From Octopus sinensis (Eukaryota), in contig NC_043005.1 of NCBI RefSeq assembly GCF_006345805.1, positions 92,566,001 through 92,630,000 on the forward strand: a DNA stretch of 64,000 nt, in the 5' to 3' direction. Every line of letters starts with the position of its first letter. Position 1 is the first letter of the stretch. Both the position numbers and the translations under genes were made by a program. The notes below the pieces were generated by a model that was not told where the DNA came from, searched no databases, and saw only the letters and a program-made list of their open reading frames with translations. Positions 12,054-24,608 of the stretch are shown here, in pieces.

Positions 12054-12129
12054 ATATAAGTATGAAATATATTCTATCCATGTGGATGGAATATGTTCTA
12101 TACATGAAGTATACTATAGAAGTACACTA

Positions 12130-12900
12130 TCCTATAGAAGTATTCTATACTGAATGTGAAATATATTGTATACGTGAAGAGAGGTTGGTAAAATGCTGAT
12201 CTTCACCTATGGTCAAGATTATTGGGTAATAACCAAAACAGTACAATTTCAAATGCAAGTGGATAAATTGGGGCTCCTCTGAATGGTCTCCAGTGTAATA
12301 TTTGACAGGGTGCATAACCTGGAGATCAAAGAGTCCCTCCAGGTTGCGCCAGTACTTCTCCACTTTGAGAGGTCATAGCTCTGGTATTACAGACATGTGA
12401 TTAGAATATCAAAGGAAAAATCACAAGATGGATTCTTCAAACCAAGGCAACTGGTGAGACCAAGTGAGAATCATGGTAAGAGGATGTCAATCTTTAAACC
12501 TTTTGCCTGGTGAACCAACACCTATCAACTCTATCAGCATTAAAAGAGGAAAACAAACAAACAAACAAAAAAACAATTAAAATCGCAGAGAACTACTGAT
12601 AGCTGCATCAGCAAAGAACAATTAATAGAATTTGTAAAACAATACGAAGCCAGAGGTTTCATTGAAAAGAAAATGATGTTATTTAAAAGAAGGTTTGCAT
12701 TTTCGAACTCAGAGCTGAGAAAACTAATAAGAAGGATAAAGGAGCCAGTTGACAAAGCCAGCTTGTATATATGGTGGAACTGAGATCTGAAATGGCTTGA
12801 AAACCATAATATGCCAACTGGGAAATAGCATCGCTAGGTGAGGCTGGCAGGCACTTAAACAACATTGCTGTTTGACAGGTGGGCCAAGGGAACCACCTCA
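12130..12900 (-). mobile_element. Highly decayed Ty3/gypsy pol fragment
   Basis: Frame-shifted resemblance to gypsy RT start (LIGVGSP...; EVLAQPGG...EEPQF...YCF..YP). Recognised by eye only. Confidence 0.45.
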
Positions 12901-13845
12901 TTCATTGTGCACCTTCCTCCCCAATAGTTTGAACGCTTGTACCACAAGATAGCTAGTTGGCTCTGGCTGCTGGAGTTGAAATTAACACAACTCTGTTGGA
13001 AGGTAGGTCTAGAGAGGACACGGGCCAAAACTATGCGCCCTTCCCCTCCATTGGTCAGTTGAAGTCTAGATTGTGTCATGTGACAGTTAGCTAGCACTGG
13101 CTGTTGAAGCCTACTGGTGAGTATTTAAGGGGAAATTTTCCAGGGTGGCCATTTGGCTGCTGGCATTCGTTGCTGCTGCATTGAAGAAACCAAAGAACAA
13201 AAAGCCAAAGGAAAAAGAAAAAACACACTCAACAACATAGCTGAAGACACCTCCACGTTGAAAATGGTAGAGGAGTAGGGGCTGAAACCAGACGTGGTTC
13301 CTCCTGATGATGTTCTTAGCCATTGGATCCTATAAAGGAGCTGTTGAGGCAGTGAACCAGGAAACGTGGTTGGTATTCCTAAGTGTTCAGGTGAGGAGTT
13401 CAATCCTGATGGGCTCCTTTTTTTACTTTTTCTCAAACACATTTTCTGTCTGAAATGTCAGAACTCAGATCTATTCCTGGCATAAGAACCTATCTTATAG
13501 ATGTTAAAAGGTTTATGTCTATCACCTAGAAATAGCAACAAAATCTCCCTCACTTCACACCTGGCTATCTTAAAAAGAAAAAAATTCAAACATTATATTA
13601 TGTGGTCCTAGGCATTGAACCTGGCTCCTCTCAGACTGCAAAAAAAATTTTAAAAAGGTGGGGGAGGAACAAACTAGATGGTCTTTTCTGAAATAGATCA
13701 TTAAGCACTAAACAATGAGTTTATCATAACTTAATGAGTAGATCATTAAGCACTAAACAACAACAACAACAACAGTAGCAAAATTAATAACAGCAACATT
13801 ATTACCATGTTATTTCTAAAAATAAATATTGATATTGTATCGTAC

Positions 13846-15852
13846 CTCAACTCCTGCATCATCTTCACTGTCACCGCTTAAACTATTCTCATCATCTCCA
13901 AGGTACACCAAACTGTTCCTCCTTTCTCCCAAAGCACAACACATTGCAACATTTCCTGTTTCTGAATCATCTTCAAAAAGAGGGTTTATTTTTGAATATG
14001 TCTCAGAATCGGTGGTACAACTTTTGTAGACTGTTCTGAAACTGATCTTTTCTTTACGATATTGCTTTGATTTATCCTCATTGAAAATTGTATCTTGAGA
14101 AAATGTAACAGTTTTGATTTCTATGCTGTTTGTTCGTTTTGCTCTTACACCAGTTTCATTGACAACATATGAATGGATGATTGGTCGTAAGGTCTTCAGA
14201 TTGTTTTCTGTTTTTAATTCCTTTTCACTGTCTGGAATATTAGTTTCCAAACCTGAATGAGTGTCTGTTTGATAAGTGTTGGCCAGTCCTACAGACGATA
14301 AGTTTGGATTTTGTTCTGTAGCTAATTTGGATGAGGTTTGCAGATCTAAAGAGGATACCATGGCTTCAGGTAGTTTAACACTTGGAATTACAGCATCTAT
14401 ATTTTCTTCTAATGTATATTCTATCATATTAGAATTATCATCTTTTATTTCTAAATTGTCATCATCAATACTGTTTTCTGATGTTTCAGATTTAGAAGAT
14501 AAGATTTCTGTGTCTATAAGATTTGTTTGTTCAGTTTTGTTGGAAATATATGGTTCCTCCTTGTGGAAGTTAGATATTGAATAATTTTCTGGATGGAGAA
14601 TATTTGCATCTGTGAATGTCTCTTGAATATTATTTGATGTGATATTTTCATTGATAACTGAACTCTCTGTACCTTCTTCTATGCTGTCATTTCCACCATC
14701 AATGGTATCCTTCCTATAAATTCCTGTGCTAGCATTTCCGCTGGCAACTGTTTCTTTCCTACCAGCTGCTTCTGAATCAGTATTTGTACTCAAAATGGAA
14801 TCTTCTTTATTAGCTTCTGAAGGAATACTTCCACCAGAAACTGTATCCATTTGTTCAGTTTCCCGGCCAATATTTCTGTCAGTAATCACAATTCCACAAT
14901 CAAATTCTGGAACAAGATTACCATCAGCATTGGTGCTGTCTTTATTAATTTCTGGACCAATGATTTTGCTAGCATCTATATTTGCTTTATCTAATTCAGG
15001 AGTAATATCACCACTAGAATCAGTACCTATTCTATTTATATTGGAACCTATCTTTCTGCAAGCATCTCTGCTATCATTGTTAATTTCTAAAGAAACATTA
15101 CCATCACTAACTGCACACAATTTATCAGTTTCTGTAGTTATACAGTTTCCAACATCATTAAGCCCTCCACTAATTTCTGAGACAGAATCACTTTTGCAAA
15201 CCATTGTGTCAACATTATTCTCAGTGGCATTCTCACCACCAGTAAGTGTACCTTCTACACAGGATTTTAGCTCTGAAGTAATGTTTTTGATATTTAAATG
15301 CTTTGAAGGTACATAAGAACAATCTATTTTTCTATCTTCACTTAAATTTTCACAATCAGAACCCAATCCATATGTTTGTTTCATTTCACACTGAGCTTTA
15401 TAACTCATGTCTGTACAATTCTTCCCATCAAATGAATCAGGTTTCTCACATTGTCTTATCTCTGGTTTAACATCACTTATATGTACTTCTGCTTTTGTAC
15501 TTAATTTGAATCCATTTCTTTTAGAACTCAATTTGTCATTTGATGAAAAATGTAAGTTGTTGCTTTCATCCACATTACTTTCCAAGTTCTTGCATTCACT
15601 GTAAATATCTTCTGGTTTGCTTGTTAATCTTATATTTTCCATTCTTTCACCACAACATTCATTTGGTTTATCCATATTGGAATGTTGTTGTTTGTGTTTA
15701 TCATTTTCCTTTGAAATAGCTGAAGGAAACTCATTGTGTACTTCAAATGGCTGTGATGTGTTAGTATTTGGCTGTTCTTTGATCTGCTGCGCTTGATTTG
15801 TTACAGTTGAATCTTTCATTGAGTATAAAGTTTGGTTGTTGTCATCTTCCAT
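13846..15852 (-). CDS. Large first coding exon (669 codons) of an unidentified membrane-anchored protein; acidic, Ser/Asn/Thr/Asp/Glu-rich, probably disordered
   Basis: A 2-kb stop-free ORF in AT-rich DNA with no transposon motifs. Strong acceptor (ttttgCAG) at 15910-15912; ATG at 15850-15852 in GAAATGG context; donor GAG|GTACGA at 13846/13845. Confidence 0.85.
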
Positions 15853-16164
15853 TTCATTACACTTTCTCGTGTTTCAATATGAGGGATTATTTTTTCATGA
15901 TTTGTTTTCCTGCAAAATATTAAAAAAAAGAAAAGAAAAGCAACAAATATGCAAATGCAACAAACAAAGATATTAGGGCAAATTTTTCACATGTTGTCGG
16001 CAAGAACCATCAGGAAAAGAAGTGTCTCTTGGTCAAAATATGTCCCAGCAGATGATAGTAAAAGGTTAGTTGACTTCATCACAATCTTAACTCGAAAGTA
16101 AAGAGCCTTTGCAAAGACTGCAAAGTATTTTGTCAAACACTATTTTACTAATTCACTGTTGGCG

Positions 16165-16330
16165 AATTTCAGGAAGCATGGAAGTTTTGAAGGATGTAGT
16201 GTCTCAACAACTAACAACTGATGCAGGTAATTTATTCCATGCCCCAACAACTCTTGAGTATAAAAAAATGTTTCTGAAAGTCATGGGTACTGTGTTGTTT
16301 CTTTATTTTGTTTGCATGTTTTTGATCATA
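16165..16330 (-). mobile_element. CR1-type LINE 3' end fragment
   Basis: FLYSRVVGAWNKLPASVVS...SFKTSMLPEI; same family as the 23757/24345 pair. Confidence 0.7.
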
Positions 16331-16489
16331 GGTCAGAGTGATGGAGGTTAAACCTGGGATTAAGAAGTAGAACAACAACAGCTACAACTACAACCTGGAT
16401 GCATATAGAGGTGAAATGATTTAGTGGATTGGATGGGGAGAGCCATCAATTTTCTGAAATATTCATTTTTGACCTATTGTGTCAAGTTC

Positions 16490-16845
16490 ATCAACATCAA
16501 AATAAAAATCAAATGGAAATTGTAGTTAAGACACCTGTGCCGGTGACACATAAAAAGCACCGTCCGAACATAGCAGATGCCAGCACCGCCTGACTGGCAT
16601 CCGTGTCGGTGACATGTAAAAGCACCAACCGATCATAGCTGATGCCAGCCTCGCCTGGCACCTGTGCCAGCGGCACGTAAAAAACATCCACTACACTCAT
16701 AGAGTGGTTGGCATTAGGAAGGGCATCCAGCTGTAGAAACTCTGCCAGATCAGATTGGAGTCTGGATCGCCAGACCTCAGTCAAATTGTCCAACCCATGC
16801 TAGCATGGAAAGCGGACATTAAATGATGATGATAATGATGATGAT
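16490..16845 (+). mobile_element. RTE-LINE 3' UTR fragment
   Basis: Same modular UTR and (GAT)n tail as the other copies. Confidence 0.8.
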
Positions 16846-17823
16846 GTTGTTGTCGTCATTATCATTGTGTTTGCCATCAGTAGTGGCAGTGGCATGTTAA
16901 GCATGTTTCTTGGTGCCTTGAAGAGAGATGTTTCCACAGAATATTGGAAATGAAGGACACTTGTACTTCTTTACAACTATCAAGCAATGTTAAGACAATC
17001 TCAGCTGGAGAATCTTTGAAATGTCATAAAAATCTTAAAAAATTGGATTTGAAGAATATGTATGTTTCTGATTTTTAATAGATTTTAAAATATTTTTTGC
17101 TTATTGATTGACAGAAAGAGCGTGAGTGTTGATTTCAGTGATTTTTTTTTTTTTGTAAAAACATGAAGAATGAAATAGGGAGGAAAATTTAAACACTTGG
17201 GGTTCTCGGATATGAATAATTTTTACACTGTATCTTCTACAACCCTTCAGCTTTTGTTTCGTATAAATATTATTTCGATACATGCAATATATTTTTAGTT
17301 TTCTCAGCTAATGTGTAGTTGGATCTCAAGGGGTGGTACAAACCTAGCAATATGTGTTCTATAGTAAAAACAAAATTTCCATTCAAATGGCAATTACCGC
17401 AGGATTTCTGTTCAAGTCTGACCGTTTTAAGTCATAGTGGAAACCCGACGACCTATGTCGCAAATAGGTATATGAGTATTGTATAAATTATATAATTGAA
17501 AAATTTACTTTATTATCAACCTGCGGGTACAATAAAATGGGCTTACAGGCAGGGGTTTCCCCACCCCTGATTTAATATAAGGACAGCTGTAGCTAGCCCC
17601 ATTCACTGTGTGAACTCAATATATTTAGTGGGACATCACTTTTATGTATGCATGTATCTGATGTGACCAGACTGCACTGATCAATGCAGCACAATTGGAT
17701 GTACAACATCCCACCCATAAGGGATAGTCGCAGGAAGGGTCTAAATGATCGTCATACTGAATAAAGACTAATGCCAAATCCATCTTCCATTTCATTCATC
17801 AATTATTATTATTATTACTATTA

Positions 17824-17898
<75 letters not shown>

Positions 17899-17899
17899 T

Positions 17900-18640
17900 A
17901 TATATTGTCAGTAAATCATAAATCCCAAAGAGAAGGACAGCCTAAGTTATAGAGCAGTAGAGTATTTAGAGAAAGTTATGGCCAATTCATAGGATTACCC
18001 AGGGTTTCACATCCATAAAGCTCTTAGCTTTACATATATCTCATTAGACTTTAATGGCCGGTGGCCTATAACCTCTCTTCAAAATAGAAGGAGAAAAGGC
18101 CTTGCGACTAGTTTTTGAACACATAAACAAGAAAAGTCAAGTGCAAAGGACTGTCTCACTTTGACCACTATCTGGAATCTACCCGGTCAGCTTGCAGGTC
18201 CAAAGATTTCAGCAGGAATTGCCTAAAGTGTAAGCAGGGTCCAAAGACTTCCATCCTGAAATTTAAGATGTTCTCCAGGTCAAGGGACTTCTTTAATATC
18301 CTCACGCATTCTACTATGCACAGCTTGCAACATTTGAACCCATTGATGTAGGGATCCAATTTTTCTAGGATCTTCCATGTAATTACATGTGGAGTCCCTT
18401 CAGGCACCACACATGGCTGGCCAAAGATGTGGCATAACATCTCTCTGGGATCCTAATCAAGGATTTGTGGTTGGAGAGATGCTGCTTGAAAGTGTTTAAG
18501 ATGCTCTAGATTAACAGTTTATTTGTGTGGATTAAAGCAGTTTGAAACACTGCTCTCTCCATGAAGATGTCTGGATGATGAGGTCAGCCTGTCGATAGTA
18601 TTCCATAATGTGGTGCTTCGTTTGCCTTTCATTTCTTAAT
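17900..18640 (-). mobile_element. Penelope-like element 3' fragment
   Basis: ITWKILEKLDPYINGFKCCKLCIVEC...LNFRMEVFGPCLH is homologous to the 278-510 peptide. A hammerhead-like relic lies at 17991-18050. Confidence 0.7.
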
Positions 18641-19055
18641 ACACAAAAAATAAAGTAATGTCCTTGGGATAAGGATTTCTAATCTTTAGCTATTGTCACA
18701 TGAATGTATGTGTGTGTGTGTGCATAATCTTCTTAAAGACCAGAAAAAAGAATTTACATACCAATAGATAAATGAAAGACAAGAAAATGTGTTTGCATGC
18801 ATGCATGTATGTATGTATGTATGTATGTATGTATGTATGTATGTATGTATGTATGTATGTGTATGCATGTATATATATATATACACACACACACATACAC
18901 TCACATATGTATATATATATATATATGTGCATATGTGTATCTATACACATACTACATACACACAGAGACACTTGTATATGCATACATGTAAATACACACA
19001 CACACACACACATGTATATGTATATGAATATGTGTATGTAAATATATATATATAT

Positions 19056-20715
19056 CATCATCATCATTTAGCATCCGCTTTCCATGCTAGCATGGGTTGG
19101 ACAGTTCAACTGGGGTCTGGGAAGCCAGAGGCTGCACCAGGCCCATTCTGATCTGGCAATGTTTCTATGGCTGGATGTTCCTCCTAACGCCAACCACTCC
19201 ATGAGTGTAGTGGGTACTTCTTACATGCCACCGGCACAGGTGCCAGACGGGGCTGGCAAATGGCCACGGTTGGATGGTGCTTTTTACGTGCCACCGGCAC
19301 GGAGGCCAGTCAGGGTGGCGCTGGCAACGGCCACGATCAGATGGTTCGCTTACGTACCACTGGCACTGGTATCACAGCTACAATTTCCATTGATGTTGAA
19401 AGACTTCGATTTTGGTTCTGATTTTGATTTCCACTTGCCTCAACAGGTCTTCACAAGTGGAGTTTTGTGTCCCAAGAAGGAAAGGTATACATAAGTCGAC
19501 TGGCTACATCCCAAGAAGAGGCCATGGGTTATGGTCTCACTTGTCCTGCCGGGTCTTCTCACGCACAGCATACTTCCATAGGTCTCGGTCTTTAGTCATT
19601 TCCTTGGTGAGACCTAAAGTTCGAAGGTTGTGCTTCACCACCTCATCCCAGGTTTCCTGGGTCTACCTCTTCCACAGGTTCCCTCAACCACTAGGGTGTG
19701 GCACTTTTTCACACAACTATCTTCAGCCATTCTCATCACATGACCATACCAGTGCAAACGTCTCTCTTGCACACCGCAACTGATGCTTCTTAGGTCCAAC
19801 TTTTCTCTCCATTACACATCCATCGGAGCATACTGGCTTCATTTCTTGCGAGCTTACGCATATCCTCAGCAGTCACGGCCCATGTTTCACTACTATGTAG
19901 CATGGCTGTTCGTACAAATGCATCATGCAGTCTGCCTTTTACTCTGAGCGAGAGGCCTTTTGTCACCAGCAGGGGTAAGAGCTCGCTGAACTTTGCCCAG
20001 GCTATTCTTACTCTAGCAGTAACACTTTCAGCACACCCACCCCCGCTACTGACTTGGTCACCTAGGTAATGGAAGCTATCAACTACTTCTAGTTTTTCTC
20101 CCTGGAATGTGGCAGAAATTGGTCTCAGTGCATTTTCAGTGTTTATTGTGCCTGAGCATCTGCCACAAACAAAGACTATTTTCCTAGTTAGCCTTCCTTT
20201 GACATTACTGCACCTCTTATGTGTCCATAGCTTATACTTGGTGCATCTTATAGAGTTTCTACCTACATTTTTCTACAGATCGAGCAGGGCCATCTACCTG
20301 AAGGCATTTGTGATTTGTTTACCTTCCTACTTATTAGGACTTTGGTTTTGGCTAGGTTGACTCTAAGGCCCTTCGATTCTAATCCTTGCTTCCATACCTG
20401 AAACTTCTCCTCCAGTTCTGATAGTGACTCAGCAATTAGAGCAAGGTCATCAGCATAGAGGAGCTCCCAGGAGCATCCTGTCTTGAATTCCTCCGTTATT
20501 GCCTGGAGGACTATGATAAATACGAGAAGACTGAGGACTGAACCTTGGTGGACCCCAACCTCTACCCGGAATTCTTCACTGTACTCGTTGCCAACCCTCA
20601 CCTTACTAGCAGCATCCCTGTACATGGCTCGCACAGCTCTCATTAACCATTCATCTATCCCTAGTTTCCTCATTGACCACCAGATAAGGGATCAGGGGAC
20701 CCTGTTGAAGGCTTT
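19056..20715 (-). mobile_element. 5'-truncated RTE-clade LINE (RT core to 3' UTR), with deletions
   Basis: GVHQGSVLSLLVF and ELLYADDLALI motifs, KWPCSIC finger start, and a (CAT)n tail. Confidence 0.9.
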
Positions 20716-20728
20716 ATATATATAAATG

Positions 20729-20776
<48 letters not shown>

Positions 20777-21683
20777 CTATTTTAAAAATGGGGAAGGCTG
20801 GTTTACCTTAGGTTTCCCATCCATGAAGTGCCAGATAGTGGCATTTCAAGCATTTCTAAGTATGTTGGAGGCAGCTTATAAAGCAACTCCTTGGTGCCAA
20901 GTGGTTAGGACTTCAATGCCACTTTTCTCACTTTTTGATGTTGATACGATATTTGTCCTATTCTTTTAAACAAGGATGATGCTTTCGTATCCACAAGAGG
21001 ACAAGACTTTTTTGGCCTTCAGTAGGTTTCCTGTAGGTAAAGATAATCGTTGTATAATTTTGCAATGTGTTTTTCATTAGTTTCAGGGAGCCGTTCAATG
21101 TTCAAAGACATAATCATCAGTACTGGCCTTAAAAGTAGGCATTGGCCATTCTTCTTGATCCAGACTGAGGGACTGCAGGCATCTGTTGGATTTCTGGACT
21201 TTGTAATATTTTAACTTGTCTTTGAAGTGTTTGGCAGAAAGTACAGGTAACACCAGACATTATTGACAGAGATCACAACATGAACACTCAATGTACATAC
21301 GTGTGTGTGTGTGTTTTCTTTACTGCACATTCATATTTGATGGAAAATCTTCGATGCGTTGATGGGGGACAAACACAGCCCCAGAGATACACACACACAC
21401 TCTCTCTCTCTTTCTCACTCACACACACACACACACACATGCACACGCATGCACACACAAACACACACACGAGCAGCTTCTTTTAGTTTCTGTCAACCAA
21501 ATACACTTAGAAGGCTTTGGTCAGCCTAGAAGACATTTGCCCAAGAAGCTACACAGTGAGACTGAATCTGGAACCATGTAGTTGGGAAGCAAGCTTCTTA
21601 CCACTCAGCCATGTCTGTAGTTATAGTCTCTGTAAATTAGCAGATTGATAAAATAAGTACTGAACTTAGCAAAAAAAAAAACA

Positions 21684-22013
21684 GAAGTCAATGGAAATTG
21701 TAGTTGTGATCCCTGTGCCAGTGGCATGTAAAAAGCACCATCCAAACATGGCTGATGCCAGCGCTGCCTTGACTGGCTTCTGTGCCGGTGGCATGTAAAA
21801 AGCACCAAGTGATCGTGGCCACTGCCAGCCTCCCCTGGCACGTAAAAAGCACCCACTACACTCACGGAGTGGTTGGCGTTAGGAAGGGCATCCAGCTGTA
21901 GAAACACTGCCAGATCAGACTGGAGCCTGGTGCAGCCTCTATGACTTCCCAGACCCCGGTCGAACCGTCCAACCCATGCAACCATGGAAAACGGACGTTA
22001 AATGATGATGATG
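21684..22013 (+). mobile_element. RTE-LINE 3' UTR fragment
   Basis: Same terminus and (GAT)n tail. Confidence 0.8.
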
Positions 22014-22948
22014 ACTTGAGTTGATTTAGTCAGCTGAAAAGTCTTCTAGGCAGTGCTCCAGTATGGCTACACTCCTATGACTTAAGCATGAGTAAAAAGA
22101 AAAACATATATTCTTCACATAGATTTTATGGTAATTAATGTTTTCCCATGATAATTATTATTCATTCAGAGATGCTTAAATTGAGTTTAATTGTTGTCAA
22201 CATTAACAAACGAGGAAGAGTTAGATGTTTTCATACTCGTTCAGTAATGATTCCAGAACATTTGTCTGAGAACCATTTCTGAGCCACCATAGTCAAAGTA
22301 CCTTGACCTCAATAAACCACTAAGCAACTCAAGAGTAGTGGTCAAGCTATAAGAAAGGTTGGTGCATGGTAATTGCCAATTGACACCAAAATGAGACACA
22401 TCATATCACATTATTACTTATTTGTGAACCAATGAAAGGAGCTTCCACATGGTCGTTCGACCTGCTAGAAATAGCAACCAAATCGCCCTTAAATTACATC
22501 TTACTAACCTAAAAAAAGTACACTAGTTAATGTAATTTTGATACAGTGTTTGAAAAACAAGAAAAAAAGAGGGGTGGTCAAGGCAGGAATGCCATGTGAT
22601 GATAAATCTGCTTAATCAAACCAAATTTAATCCTAAATAATAATGACAAGAACATCCCTAATTGGCAGAATTGGTTAGTGTCGGACGAAACACTCTGCTG
22701 TATTTAGTTATGTCTCTTTATGTTCTGAGCTTAAATCAAGGAACCTACCTTGATTAATAAAGCAAGTGTTGACCATTACTGATATATGCTGTTAAGGGCA
22801 GTGGGTTGGTTGATTCATTACTACATTGGACCAAAAACATCCTGCAGCATTTGTTCTGCTTCTTTTACATTCTGGTTTCCAATCCTGATGAGATCACTTT
22901 GCCCTTCATCTTTCAAGGGATAATAAAATAAAGTACCAGTCAAATACT

Positions 22949-23182
22949 TATTTCTTCATTGCCCACAAGGGGCTAAACATAGAGGGGACAAACAAGGACA
23001 GACAAAGGGATTAAGTTGATTACATTGACCCCAGTGCGTAACTGGTACTTAATTTATCGACCCCAAAAGGATGAAAGGCAAAGTCGACCTCGGCAGAATT
23101 TGAACTCAGAACGTAACGGCAGACGAAATACCGCTAAGCATTCTCACCCGGAGTGCTAACGTTTCTACCAGCTCGCCGCCTT
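22949..23182 (-). mobile_element. tRNA-derived SINE nested antisense in an older copy of the same family
   Basis: Reverse complement of the 11824 SINE. 17-bp TSD agtaccagtcaaatact at 22932-22948 and 23183-23199. Confidence 0.88.
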
Positions 23183-23756
23183 AGTACCAGTCAAATACTG
23201 GGGTCAATTCGATCTGCCCCAGCCCCTGAAATCCCTGAGTCTTTTGCTTCTATGAGAAACAATTATTACATATGTTGTTGTTACGGTGGTTTAGCCTTGG
23301 GTCAGCCACAAGTGAGTGAACCTAGGATCACAGGCATACCAACCATGATCCTGTGGTTTTATTTTAAACACAATGTATCTCAGTCTTGTTTAGGTGTAAT
23401 TTGAAAGATATTTGACTGCTATTTCTGGAATTTTAGCAACCACATTGAGGCTCTCATGAAAACTCATTATTATTTCATTTAATTATAAGGTGACAAACTG
23501 GCAGAAATGTTAGTATGCTGAACAAAATAAAATGCCCGGTGACATTTCATCTGCCTTTACATTCTGAGTTCAAATTCTACTGAGGTCAACTTTGCCTTTT
23601 GTCCTTTCGGGGTTGATAAAATAAGTAAATGTTGAACCTTGGGGTCGATGTAATTGACTTACTCCTTCCTTCAGAATTGCTGGCCTTGTGCCAAAATGTG
23701 AAACCATTATTACATATAATGATAAGGTGGTGAGTTGGTAGAAATTTTTTTCATGC

Positions 23757-24015
23757 TGAGAGTTGCTGAAGCATGGAACAACCTGCCGGCATCAGTTGTT
23801 AGTTGTCGGAGCACTGCATCCTTCAAAACTTCCGTGCTTCCTGAGATTTGCCAACACTACACCTGATTTTCTCCCCTCCATACACACACAAGCATCTATC
23901 TGACTCATACACTGTTCACTTCCCAGACATTTGTACATTACTGCATATGCTTTGTATGCACTTTTGACAAGTTGTGGTGCACCTGAGCACTGTATACAAT
24001 AATTTCATTATTATT
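23757..24015 (+). mobile_element. CR1-type LINE 3' end, copy A
   Basis: VAEAWNNLPASVVSCRSTASFKTSVLPEI + UTR + (ATT)n tail. Confidence 0.85.
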
Positions 24016-24344
24016 TATTATTTTAAATGTTAGCATCCTTTTGGGGTTGATAAAATAAATACCAGTTGAACACTGGGGATGATATAGTTGATTAGCCAGC
24101 CTCCTGCTACCAAAATTTCAGGTCTTGTACATATAGTAGAAATTAAGGTAATGTGTTGACAAAATAAATACAGCAATTTGGCAAAATTTATTCTTTGAAG
24201 TGAAATCATACTGAGGAAAGTTTTGCATTTTATCCTCTTAGGGTTCATAACATAAAGTACCAATCAAATACTGCAGTAAATATAGTCAACAACACTCTCT
24301 TTCACTAAAATGTGTGGCCATTAGTGTGTTGTTGTTGTTGATAA

Positions 24345-24608
24345 TAATGAATAATAATAATGAAATCATTGTATACAGTGCTCAGGTGCACCACAACTTG
24401 TCAAAAGTGCGTATAAAGTATATGCAGTAATATACAAATGTCTGGGAAGTGAACAGTGTATGAGCTAGATACATGCCTGTGTGTATATGGAGGGGAGAAA
24501 ATCAGGTGTAGTGTTGGCGAATCTCAGGAAACATGGAAGTTTTGAAGGATGCAGTGCTCCGACAACTAACAACTGATGCCGGCAGTTTGTTCCATGCTTC
24601 AGCAATTC
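24345..24608 (-). mobile_element. CR1-type LINE 3' end, copy B (inverted relative to copy A)
   Basis: Reverse complement of 23757-24015, roughly 90% identical by eye. Confidence 0.85.

Noticed and set aside
13694-13760. 22-bp direct repeat tagatcattaagcactaaacaa with a 23-bp spacer, CRISPR-like at a glance
   Set aside because: Only two units, eukaryotic context, no cas genes, and it sits at the tail of a common repeat. It is best read as a local duplication.
14276-15604. Plus-strand ORFs of 65-196 aa
   Set aside because: Antisense shadows of the 669-codon minus-strand exon, with no independent splice or motif evidence.
20790-21260. Possible decayed LINE endonuclease on the minus strand
   Set aside because: Resemblance too weak and stop-ridden to call by eye.
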